Assembly: GCA_022797995.1 (NCBI GenBank)
Contig: JAAWLQ010000001.1
Location: 1-55,606 of the forward strand
Reading direction: 5' to 3'
Length of the DNA stretch: 55,606 bases
Source of the DNA: Lachnospiraceae bacterium
GTDB lineage: Bacteria; Bacillota; Clostridia; Lachnospirales; Lachnospiraceae
Shown: in pieces, positions 19,309 to 28,003 of the stretch
Numbering within the stretch: the stretch's first letter is position 1
Layout: every line of letters begins with the position of its first letter
Notes under the pieces: generated by a model
The model's database searches: none
What the model was told of the DNA's origin: nothing
What the model saw: only the letters and a program-made list of their open reading frames with translations
Program-made: the position numbers and the translations under genes

Positions 19309-20796
19309 TTACCATTCCCCAAACCCATTCTGCCGTTTCCATTCCCTCCATCTGCTCTCATCCATCAGAAGCCGAAAGCCTCCCCGGTAATCCAGACCAA
19401 AGTAATCAAACTGTCGCATCAGGTTGCTTGTAAGCTGTCCCTCCGGCCTGCTGGCTCCCATACAGGCACCGCCTTTTAAGACCATCTGACTGCCTTTATA
19501 GTCGAATTTCGTGTTTTCATGGGTTCTGTACTTTTCCATAAGTCGCACATAGAGTTCCTGTAGCTGTCGATCCTTCACGCCCTCCGTACACCAGACGGCA
19601 TAGATCAGCAGAGTGGGATCCTCTACTTTAGCCAGATAATCCAGGAAATACTCCAATACCTCTTCTTTCCCTTTCAATTCCCGGATGCAGTGGAAAAGCG
19701 CAATTCTGTCATTCCTGTCCAGGTCGTTCCGGGCCAGAGCTTCTCTTAGCCTTCCTGCATGAACATTGGGATAATTCTTCACGGCACTGATGGTATGGCA
19801 GGCATCCCGAAAACCTTCTCTTTGAAGCCTGGGCAGTATCTCGAATACCCTTTCATACCATGCTTCCTTTACCTCCCAGGTACCTTCATAGGTAATGATA
19901 GAGACCGCTTCTGCATAGGCTCCATATTCCCACAGCTTTTCAAGCTCTTTCGCCATTCCCGGCACATGGAAGCGGGCCAACATCTTGATCAGCTTCATTC
20001 GCACTTCCATGTTGGATTCCCGGACGCATGCTTTCTTGAAATACGTTTTCTGTTTCCCCGGTAAGGTTTCAAATTTATAATAGCTGTCAATAATCTCGAT
20101 TTTCTCTTCCGGCTTTTCTGTCTGCTCGTACAGCGCCATCAGCTGTTCGGGATTTCCGTCCAGGTTCAGCCCAAATCCGACTTCTTCGTCACTGTAGCCG
20201 GCGATTACCTCTCTCAGCCACCTCTCATACCATGCCAGGAATCCCTTTTCCCGCACAAAAAACGGCGGGCCGCAGAAATCCTCGTCATAATAAACCACCT
20301 GTCCCCGGTACGGTCCCGCAAGCATAATCCCTGTCATAAGGGTGCAGCCCTGGCTTCCGATGGGAAGGACTCCCACATACGGATACACCTCTTCCCCTTT
20401 TTGCCTGCCGTCACCCGGCATGTTCTCCTGATCTGCCACCCTGTCCCACTCCTCCACGCTCATGTTCGGATAGATCACTGGTTCTTCCCGAACACGGTAC
20501 AGACGGGTGCCCTGGGAATCGTGAAGTTCTTTTTTCTCCGTCTCCACCCCGTAAAGCCCGTAATAGGGACCTGCGCCGCCGTTTCCCACAAACATAAGGA
20601 AATTCCTGTATTCTTCCGGCAACCGAATTCCTTCCTGCTCCTCAAATTCTTGTATCGTCTCCTCACTGGCAGGCGCAGACACCTTATACTTATGGCTATA
20701 GGCGCCAAACCGTGCGAAGTCCGGGTCTTTTGTCTTTGCCTGCTCCAATAATTTTAAGATACGCTTTGCCCATGCAGGCTTTCCTGTCTTTCCCAT
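19309..20796 (-). CDS. SMI1/KNR4 (SUKH) family protein with helical C-terminal extension
   Basis: EETIQEFEEQEGIRLPEEYRNFL...GNGGAGPYYG and LPIGSQGC...GPYRGQV...FLAWYERWL; start at MGKTG after AGGAGG. Confidence 0.85.
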   Translation of the reverse strand: MGKTGKPAWAKRILKLLEQAKTKDPDFARFGAYSHKYKVSAPASEETIQEFEEQEGIRLPEEYRNFLMFVGNGGAGPYYGLYGVETEKKELHDSQGTRLYRVREEPVIYPNMSVEEWDRVADQENMPGDGRQKGEEVYPYVGVLPIGSQGCTLMTGIMLAGPYRGQVVYYDEDFCGPPFFVREKGFLAWYERWLREVIAGYSDEEVGFGLNLDGNPEQLMALYEQTEKPEEKIEIIDSYYKFETLPGKQKTYFKKACVRESNMEVRMKLIKMLARFHVPGMAKELEKLWEYGAYAEAVSIITYEGTWEVKEAWYERVFEILPRLQREGFRDACHTISAVKNYPNVHAGRLREALARNDLDRNDRIALFHCIRELKGKEEVLEYFLDYLAKVEDPTLLIYAVWCTEGVKDRQLQELYVRLMEKYRTHENTKFDYKGSQMVLKGGACMGASRPEGQLTSNLMRQFDYFGLDYRGGFRLLMDESRWREWKRQNGFGEW

Positions 20797-20872
20797 CTTT
20801 CGCCTCCTGTCCGCCGGTGAAACTCTGGAATTGTTCACATACCCCAATCCGGCAGGGAATCGTTTCCTCTAC

Positions 20873-22201
20873 TCAATCCCTCTCCGTCTTTTTAGCCAGG
20901 CCATGATAATATCGCATGAACCGACATACTTCCTCATAAGTCTCCTGAATCTGATCCCTGCGGTTCTCTGCATCCAAAGTCTCCCTCGTCCTGAGAAACA
21001 GCTGCGCATTATGGTACATCACCGCCATGGCGTCTCTTGGGTCATTGTAGGCTCCCGGGAACTCTTTCATGTAGTCTTCCATATAATTGGAATTGTGTCT
21101 CACGCATTCCTCAAGGCTGGCATACCCTTCCCTTTCCCTTCCGTTCAGCAGATCCCACACGCCAAACAGATAGGCATCCGCCCGCCATGGATCTTCCTTT
21201 TCCCCCAAATCCAGGTCCCACATTGCTCTGCCGGTCCCTGGCGCTTTGGGGCCTTTTTCGGTGGCCTTCAGATAATCCCGGCGTTCCTTCGCAAAATAGG
21301 TCTCCAGGCTGTCTATCTTTTGCCATTCCGGCAGTACGCCGCCCGCCAGGAATATCAGGATGTCATCAAATTTTCTGTTGATGCGCTCCACCATGGCGGC
21401 GTCCACAGCTTCCGAGCCATACTGAATCACTCCCCAGTCTTTCTGCATCCTTTGGGAATTCTCCCCCTGGCAGACGTGGCCCGGCAAATCTAAAGTACCG
21501 TGCTGTATGGCATATATGGGGCAAAGATAACAGCTCATTGCCTCGTATCCGCCGCCCCTGAAATAGCCGATGAACTGGATGCGGGATACCAGTCCGTTCT
21601 TCTCCCGCACAAAGGTCTTGGGGCCTGCTTTTTTCATACCATATGCCTTTGCCACAGGGGCAATCTTTGCCTGCAGGTTTTCTTTCAGACGGAGCTTCAG
21701 TTCCTCACCGCACTCTTTCCACTGCTCTGTTGTCCTTGCTTTTTTGTAAGGGAACTCCTTTGCCGGTACCTGCCCGGTCGGTGTCCCCAGCAGGCTTTTC
21801 CAATCAAAAGCGACTGTGTTTATGGGATGATTCTGCAGATATGTCTCCCACTGCTGTCTGGCAGACGCGATATCCTTATAATAGCCTTCCATGGCTTTCT
21901 GTCTCTCACGGGCTTCCTCTTCCTGCCTTTTTTCTTCATAATAACCGGAAACTTTGACCGGACGTCCCTGGGCATGAAAATAGTAGGCTACGCCGCTTTG
22001 TGTTTTTGCCATCCAATAATAGTTGGCGTCCCATAAAGCAGGCATCATTCGCCCTCTGTCTCCTCGGTTGAGGACCTCTTCCAGCTTAAGCCTGTTGCTG
22101 TTCCACCATGCTTCCCACTCTTCCGGTTCCATTTCCCCTGCTGCCACACGCAAAAAGATCTGTTTCATTTCATCCTGAAAGTTCATCTCCATACCTTCCA
22201 T
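20873..22201 (-). CDS. Hypothetical protein; central segment reminiscent of DUF4304
   Basis: Long ORF with normal codon style; IAPVAKAYGMKKAGPKTFVREKNGLVSRIQF resembles the DUF4304 N-terminus (by eye only). Confidence 0.6.
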   Translation of the reverse strand: MEGMEMNFQDEMKQIFLRVAAGEMEPEEWEAWWNSNRLKLEEVLNRGDRGRMMPALWDANYYWMAKTQSGVAYYFHAQGRPVKVSGYYEEKRQEEEARERQKAMEGYYKDIASARQQWETYLQNHPINTVAFDWKSLLGTPTGQVPAKEFPYKKARTTEQWKECGEELKLRLKENLQAKIAPVAKAYGMKKAGPKTFVREKNGLVSRIQFIGYFRGGGYEAMSCYLCPIYAIQHGTLDLPGHVCQGENSQRMQKDWGVIQYGSEAVDAAMVERINRKFDDILIFLAGGVLPEWQKIDSLETYFAKERRDYLKATEKGPKAPGTGRAMWDLDLGEKEDPWRADAYLFGVWDLLNGREREGYASLEECVRHNSNYMEDYMKEFPGAYNDPRDAMAVMYHNAQLFLRTRETLDAENRRDQIQETYEEVCRFMRYYHGLAKKTERD

Positions 22202-22294
22202 ATTTGAAAAAGTATAAACTCCATTCCTTTATCAGAGTATAACATATAATTAAGAGACTGTGTGTACTAATTGAAAGAAACACCCTTGATTAAG

Positions 22295-22311
22295 GTAACA
22301 TACCATGTTAC
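22295..22311. promoter_or_regulatory. Palindromic operator candidate in the divergent intergenic region
   Basis: GTAACAT-ACC-ATGTTAC upstream of the XRE regulator. Confidence 0.4.
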
Positions 22312-22420
22312 ATAGATACCGAAAAAAGCATCTGGCAGGTGGTGGATTCCTCTTCTTCCATATGGCATAATAATAAATGACCAATGGCCGTTGGATAATA
22401 ACATGAGCGGAGATGAAAAA

Positions 22421-23158
22421 ATGAGTTTAGGAAATAATATATGTTTTTTGCGGAAGCAGAAAAAACTGACACAGGAGCAGTTTGCTGACAGGATGAGCGT
22501 AACCAGACAGACTGTGTCGAGGTGGGAATCTGATGAAGTAGTTCCGGAGCTGGACAGGCTTGTGGAAATGTGTGAGATTTTTACCTGTAAACTTGATGCT
22601 CTCGTGAGAGAAGACTTATCCGACCAGGGTGAAATTTATTCGGAGATAAGGATTAAAAGAATAGCGCCGTTTAAGATGGCCAGCTATGTGATAATTTCTC
22701 CGGATCCGGAAAATGATGCCATGGGTTATATGGACAGGTGGGCGGAAAGCTGTGGTCTTAAAAAGTTGTATCCGGATGTCAGGTTTATCGGATGGGATTT
22801 CCCTTTTATATCTCAGGAACAGCAGAACAGGTTCGGACTTCACGGATATGTTGCAGCCTGTGTGCTCCCGGATGATTTTAACACAGATTGTCCCGGCGCA
22901 ACATTTTCAGAGAATAAGGAGGCAGATTATGCTGTCATAACGATTAAAGAACCATTTATTCAGCCCTTTGAAAGAATTCCAAAGGCTTATAAGCTGATTA
23001 TGGAATACCTCCAGGCCAACCATTTCAAGGAAAAGCCTCAGGAGAATATCATCGGTTGCTTTGAATATACGTATACAAAAAATGGAATCACCTATATGGA
23101 TGTATTTATTCACGTGGACGGTGTGACAAAATCGGACGCTTTTTCCATGTTCGGCTAA
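22421..23158 (+). CDS. XRE-family HTH regulator with GyrI-like effector-binding domain
   Basis: LRKQKKLTQEQFA...VTRQTVSRWE HTH; C-terminal YAVITIKEPF...AYKLIMEYL...FEY. Confidence 0.88.
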   Translation: MSLGNNICFLRKQKKLTQEQFADRMSVTRQTVSRWESDEVVPELDRLVEMCEIFTCKLDALVREDLSDQGEIYSEIRIKRIAPFKMASYVIISPDPENDAMGYMDRWAESCGLKKLYPDVRFIGWDFPFISQEQQNRFGLHGYVAACVLPDDFNTDCPGATFSENKEADYAVITIKEPFIQPFERIPKAYKLIMEYLQANHFKEKPQENIIGCFEYTYTKNGITYMDVFIHVDGVTKSDAFSMFG

Positions 23159-23164
23159 AATTTT

Positions 23165-23214
23165 AAAGGCCACGAGCTTTTTGTCATTTTACTGACTATG
23201 CCCGTGGCTTTTTT
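23165..23214 (+). terminator. Rho-independent terminator
   Basis: AAAGGCCACGAGC...GCCCGTGGCTTTTTT. Confidence 0.65.
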
Positions 23215-23312
23215 ATGGCCGAACCGGCTCTCCGGCTACTTCTTTCTCACCGGAAAACAAACCTCCGTGACCAGCTCCTCCGGTAATTTACTATTTATAA
23301 AAGCACACCGTC

Positions 23313-25184
23313 TTATGATTCAGCCTTTATGATTACCTTCTTCCCTGAAAAGGCAATTCCCAGCTTTAAGACCTTATCCACACCATCATATCCCATCTCA
23401 ACCCCATATCTCTTCTCATCTATCTGCGCCAAAGCATCGTCTGACAATGTGTCCAAAGCGGTTTCACTCAGTCCCTTTTTCCACTTCAATTCCATGACAA
23501 TTCCCGGGTATCTGTTCTCTCTTGGGATGAGGCAGATATCATATCTTCCGTCGCCGGCTTCTCTGTTGGATCTGATTTTGTAATGATTGTCCATCAAAGC
23601 CACCAGCCCCAGAGTAAGTCCATGGTAAAACCCTTCCGCGCCCGCGTCATAAAAGCTGATAGATTTATCCATATATTCAGCGATTGCCTTCTGCAGCTTT
23701 TTCTGGTCATTTGCATAAAGGCTCTCTGCGATTTTATTCGCAGTCGTCCGCGTAATAGCTCCGATCTGCAGTAAATGCGTCAGAATCTCTCCTTTGTATA
23801 CAGACGCAATCTCTCTGTTGGGAATCGTAACCTCACACAGGTAAGCTCCGTCGGCCTGCAGTTCCTTTCGAGAGGCCATTAAATATCCGGCTACAAGAAG
23901 CAAACTGTATATATTGGCAGGCTCCTCGCTCAGAGATCTGTACACTACATTCTGATCGATTCTTGCAACCACCCTCTCGCCCTGCAAAAGAGCGTACAGC
24001 TTTTCAGTGATATCATCCGTAGCCGATTTCAACACATCCTCAAGGACTTCATTTTTCCCGGTGTTCACCCAGTAGGCCTGGGGTATACAGCCTTTGGAGA
24101 TGTAATTGATTACCGACCATGGATTATAGATTTCCGTGCTGCCAAACAGATATCCGTCATACCATTCTTTCAGCTCCGGTTCCATATCGGAAACCCCATA
24201 ATATTCCATCATGCGATGCACTTCTTCACAGGTAAATCCGAAGAACCTGTCATATTCCTCATCCATGACAGAGTTCACTGTCAGATTATTCAGTCCGCTG
24301 AAAATGCTTTCCTGCGCAATCCGCAGAATCCCTGTGAGAAAGCCATAGGATAAGTTCCTGTTATCCTTGAATGCACCTGAGAAAAAGTTACGCATAAAGC
24401 CTGTGATTTCATCATAGAAGTCCTTTGTATATCCCTCCTGAATGGGCGTATCATATTCATCAATGATGATGATGGGCGCCCTTCCATAATGCCTGCACAG
24501 CATTCCGGACAGATTCTCCAAGGATGAAGTAAGCTCCACTTCATTGGATTTTCCATTCAGTATCCTGGAAAAGAATTCCTTCTCATAATCGGCCAGCCTG
24601 TCGCTTTCCAGAAGCTCCCGGTGTCTGCCGAACTCTGCCTGGAGAAGTCCTCTGATTTTATCAAGCGTTGCCTCCCAGGAATCGAACTTTACGTCCTTAA
24701 ATGTCAGGAAGATAACCGGATATTGTCCCTGATGCTTTCTGTACTCCTCTCCGCAGCTCCAGATAGCCTTATCCCTGAAATAGAGGCTGGTATCTTCCTG
24801 GGAGATTTCGAAAAATACCCGAAGCATGTCCATATTCAGGGTCTTCCCGAATCGTCTCGGTCTGGTAAAAAGGGACACCAAAGGCTTCTTATCCAGAAAT
24901 TCCCGAATCAGCAGGGTCTTATCCACATAATAATATTCCGACTGCGCGCGGATATAATCGGAAATCCCGATAGGAAGCGTCTTTTTCTCTGTTACGGCTC
25001 CCGGCTCTCTATTATTTCCCGACTTTACTCTCTTATCGGCCGGTTTTTCCGTCTCATCGGGAATCTTCCAGCTTTTTCCCTCCTTCACGGCTCCCGGTAT
25101 TCTGTTATTATTACAGAAATAGGTAACTGTGCGTTCTGCAATTCCCCATTCTGCCGCTTTTTCTTTACATGTTTTCATCAGCAC
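23313..25184 (-). CDS. AAA-ATPase-like + PD-(D/E)XK nuclease (PDDEXK_9-type) protein with N-terminal excisionase-like HTH
   Basis: LPIGISDY, RPRRFGKT, IIDEYD, YNPWS; C-terminal SNREAGDGRYDI...MELK, ALAQI..K.Y; N-terminal KEKAAEWGIAERTV...RIPGAVKEGKSWKIP. Confidence 0.9.
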   Translation of the reverse strand: MLMKTCKEKAAEWGIAERTVTYFCNNNRIPGAVKEGKSWKIPDETEKPADKRVKSGNNREPGAVTEKKTLPIGISDYIRAQSEYYYVDKTLLIREFLDKKPLVSLFTRPRRFGKTLNMDMLRVFFEISQEDTSLYFRDKAIWSCGEEYRKHQGQYPVIFLTFKDVKFDSWEATLDKIRGLLQAEFGRHRELLESDRLADYEKEFFSRILNGKSNEVELTSSLENLSGMLCRHYGRAPIIIIDEYDTPIQEGYTKDFYDEITGFMRNFFSGAFKDNRNLSYGFLTGILRIAQESIFSGLNNLTVNSVMDEEYDRFFGFTCEEVHRMMEYYGVSDMEPELKEWYDGYLFGSTEIYNPWSVINYISKGCIPQAYWVNTGKNEVLEDVLKSATDDITEKLYALLQGERVVARIDQNVVYRSLSEEPANIYSLLLVAGYLMASRKELQADGAYLCEVTIPNREIASVYKGEILTHLLQIGAITRTTANKIAESLYANDQKKLQKAIAEYMDKSISFYDAGAEGFYHGLTLGLVALMDNHYKIRSNREAGDGRYDICLIPRENRYPGIVMELKWKKGLSETALDTLSDDALAQIDEKRYGVEMGYDGVDKVLKLGIAFSGKKVIIKAES

Positions 25185-25219
25185 GCACCTCCTCGTCTTC
25201 TGTAATTAATATATTTCTC

Positions 25220-25360
25220 TTACCGCAAATTATACCTCATATTCGGCAATATTTCAACTTTTATTTTAGTATTTTGCCGTATTTATTGCCGTATATTTTA
25301 TATATTACCGAATATACATTATATATTGCCGTATATGTTACCGTATATATTTTGCCGAAT
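25220..25360. repeat. Array of TTRCCGWAT 9-mers
   Basis: Direct copies start at 25274, 25286, 25305, 25326, 25338 and 25352; inverted copy at 25241-25249; degenerate copy at 25220. Confidence 0.85.
25229..25257 (-). promoter_or_regulatory. sigma70 promoter of the AAA-nuclease gene
   Basis: Minus strand TTGAAA(25257-25252)-17 bp-TATAAT(25234-25229). Confidence 0.65.
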
Positions 25361-25407
25361 CATTCCGGTCTATGTGTCCCATCTAAGTGTCCCGCAATAA
25401 ATATCTA

Positions 25408-25459
25408 TTGACAAATAGAAATAAAAAAGGCATAATTGAAATGAATCATTCATTCTATT
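25408..25459 (+). promoter_or_regulatory. tetR promoter with TetR operator 1
   Basis: TTGACA-17-CATAAT(25408-25436), followed by ATTGAAATGAATCATTCATTCTATT (core AATGAAT-C-ATTCATT). Confidence 0.75.
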
Positions 25460-25477
25460 CTGTGGGAGGAAGGTATT

Positions 25478-26143
25478 ATGAATAATACAAGATTACGGAA
25501 AATATATCAGGAGGCCGGACGCCTGTTTAACAATAAGGGTTATGCGAATACAAAAATGGCAGAAATTGCGAAGGCCTCCGGAATCGCGGTAGGTACCATG
25601 TATTCCTCCTTTACCGGAAAAGATGCCGTCCTCTCCTTTGTAATATATGCTACGCTTGACAAAGACTATCTTTCCAGTGATATCACGCTGCCCATTAAGC
25701 CAATAGAGGCATCCAGGCTGATCGAATTACTGAAAAAAGTGCTGGACCATGCGTCCACTTCCGTCCTGAATGTTACGGATGAAAGCGGAAATATCCGTAA
25801 AAGGTTTCCCGAACTTATGGACGGGCTGTTTGATCTGTTTGCCGATTATCTCCTTGCCTTCGACAATATCGAGACCAACGCAGGTGTGCTGGAAGAACTA
25901 AACGAAATATACTGGCCGCAGAAAATGGCTTATTTTGGCGAGCTGGGTGATTATCTGCGGCTGTATATGAAAGCCGGACAGATTCGGGAGCTTACTCATA
26001 TCCAGTCCCATGTTCTTTTTCTGACGAATACTCTGACATGGTGGGCCTTGAACGCAAATCTTTCCTTTCCGGAGGAACCTGTCCCCCGGGAAGTCGCCAA
26101 AGAATTTTGTCTCGGAATGATTCGGAGGGCTTATCAGGTCTAA
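25478..26143 (+). CDS. TetR/AcrR-family regulator
   Basis: GYANTKMAEIAKASGIAVGTMYSSFTGKD HTH. Confidence 0.9.
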   Translation: MNNTRLRKIYQEAGRLFNNKGYANTKMAEIAKASGIAVGTMYSSFTGKDAVLSFVIYATLDKDYLSSDITLPIKPIEASRLIELLKKVLDHASTSVLNVTDESGNIRKRFPELMDGLFDLFADYLLAFDNIETNAGVLEELNEIYWPQKMAYFGELGDYLRLYMKAGQIRELTHIQSHVLFLTNTLTWWALNANLSFPEEPVPREVAKEFCLGMIRRAYQV

Positions 26144-26171
26144 AGCAGCAAGGTGCGGTAATGGTAGAAGA

Positions 26172-26198
26172 AAGGGTGCATAATGCACCTTTCCTTTT
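26172..26198 (+). terminator. Rho-independent terminator after tetR
   Basis: AAGGGTGCA-TAA-TGCACCTTT followed by CCTTTT. Confidence 0.55.
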
Positions 26199-26206
26199 AC
26201 CGAAAG

Positions 26207-26231
26207 ATTGAAATGAATGGTTCATTCTATT
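26207..26231 (+). promoter_or_regulatory. TetR operator 2, upstream of the ABC exporter pair
   Basis: ATTGAAATGAATGGTTCATTCTATT, 23/25 identical to 25435-25459. Confidence 0.75.
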
Positions 26232-26262
26232 TGTACCATGTACTTTCCGGAGGAAAATTTGT

Positions 26263-28002
26263 ATGAAAATAAACCTTTTTCTTAAAAAAATTTACGGCAG
26301 AAAGCTGTATTTCCAGATTGCTTTTGCAATGCTTCTCGCCCTTGGTACGGCCATCGCCCAGTTTCTGGCGGCTCAGCACCTGGGGAATGTGATCGATGCG
26401 GTTGAAAAAGGGTACGAAGAAACAATGTATCATGTCCTTGCCATAGCCGCCAGTCTGGCACTCTATATTCCCGGAACAGCCGCATTTACTTTTTTCAGCG
26501 GCAAAATTTCAGCAGCATTTTCACGCGGCGCTCAGATTAAAATCGGAATGAAACTATGCTCCGCGCAATATCAGGCGATTGAGCGGATGGATGACGGTGA
26601 TCTGCTCTCTATGATTGCCAAAGATATAGACAGCATAAGAAGTTGGATTGGATTGGTGATGAAATCCGGATATCTGCCCATATGTCTTGGACTTATTCCT
26701 GTCTGCCTGTTTCGATGGTGCAATTGGAAATTCTCTCTGATTGCTTTGTGTATGATACCGCTGAATGCGATTCCCAGCATATTTTTTGCCGGCAGGCTTT
26801 CTCCCTTTCACGGCAGGGAGAAAAAGGCCTATGCCGGAGTACTTTCTCATTTTACCGACTCTCTGCAATTTGCAATGCTGATTAAGGCATTCCAGCTGGA
26901 ACAGACATTTCAGGATGAGCACAAAGCGAAATTGGACCAACACAGGAAAACCCGCAAAAAACGTGTATTGCTCGAGAAACTGACGGAAGAATACGGCCGA
27001 AGCTATGGCCATATCAGCAGGATATCGCTCTTACTTTTAAGCGCATATTTCATTTTCCGCGGCGAAATGACATTGGGACGATTGACCAGCATAATTCTGT
27101 GCGCGGACTTTATCGGGGAAGGACTGAAAATTCTCGGGAACATCCCTCTCCTCCTGCCGCCGGCCAAAGCAGCCGTAAGTCGCATTCAAACCCTTCTGGA
27201 ACTGCCGGATGAGGCCATGCCGGAAAATAAGGCAGAACCGGCAGATGTCCAAAATGGAAGTCCGGTTTACGAAGTCCGCGGACTTTCCTTTTCCTATGGA
27301 GACGTTGCCATATTACAGGATATCCATTTCAGCGTCTATCCCGGGGAGAAAATTGCCGTTGTAGGTCTGAGCGGCTGCGGCAAAACCACATTGTTCAAAC
27401 TGCTGGGCAGACTGTATATGCCGGAGAAAAATCAGATTTATTTCAAAGAAATGGATATAACCGCTCTTACCCCCGAATACATGAGAGCTCATATTACGGT
27501 GACGACACAGGAGGCTTTTCTCTTTCAGGCAACGATTATGGACAATGTTAAAGTGGCGAAATCAGCCGGAAGTAAAGAAGAGATCATCGCCGCCTGTAAA
27601 AATGCCCGACTGGATTCTTTTATTCAGACGCTTCCCCAGGGATATGATACGGAAGTGAATACTACCGTTCAGTCTATATCAAATGGTCAGATGCAGCGCA
27701 TCAATCTGGCCAGAGCCTTTTTAAGAGATACCGATATCTTTTTACTTGATGAACCGGTATCGGCATTGGATTCTGTCACAGCAGGAGCCATCTGGAACTA
27801 TCTGTTCTCGGACTGCGCGGATAAAACGCTTTTAGTCATCCTGCATGATCTGGAGGAGGTCTGCCGTTTTCATAAAGTTCTTGTGCTGGATCAGGGAAAG
27901 GCAGCGGCCTTCGGGACCCATAAAGAACTGCTGCAGAGCTGTGAACTATATAAAAACCTTTATGAAGAGAAAATGAAAAACAGAAGAAAGGCGGAAGCAT
28001 GA
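26263..28002 (+). CDS. ABC exporter TMD+NBD subunit with degenerate signature
   Basis: GLSGCGKT, ISNGQMQR (instead of LSGGQ), LLDEP, ILHD. Confidence 0.9.
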   Translation: MKINLFLKKIYGRKLYFQIAFAMLLALGTAIAQFLAAQHLGNVIDAVEKGYEETMYHVLAIAASLALYIPGTAAFTFFSGKISAAFSRGAQIKIGMKLCSAQYQAIERMDDGDLLSMIAKDIDSIRSWIGLVMKSGYLPICLGLIPVCLFRWCNWKFSLIALCMIPLNAIPSIFFAGRLSPFHGREKKAYAGVLSHFTDSLQFAMLIKAFQLEQTFQDEHKAKLDQHRKTRKKRVLLEKLTEEYGRSYGHISRISLLLLSAYFIFRGEMTLGRLTSIILCADFIGEGLKILGNIPLLLPPAKAAVSRIQTLLELPDEAMPENKAEPADVQNGSPVYEVRGLSFSYGDVAILQDIHFSVYPGEKIAVVGLSGCGKTTLFKLLGRLYMPEKNQIYFKEMDITALTPEYMRAHITVTTQEAFLFQATIMDNVKVAKSAGSKEEIIAACKNARLDSFIQTLPQGYDTEVNTTVQSISNGQMQRINLARAFLRDTDIFLLDEPVSALDSVTAGAIWNYLFSDCADKTLLVILHDLEEVCRFHKVLVLDQGKAAAFGTHKELLQSCELYKNLYEEKMKNRRKAEA

Positions 28003-28003
28003 T

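Noticed and set aside
25274-25360. Repeat array as CRISPR or plasmid iterons
   Set aside because: Units are 9 bp with irregular 3-12 bp gaps, and there is no cas or rep gene in the window.
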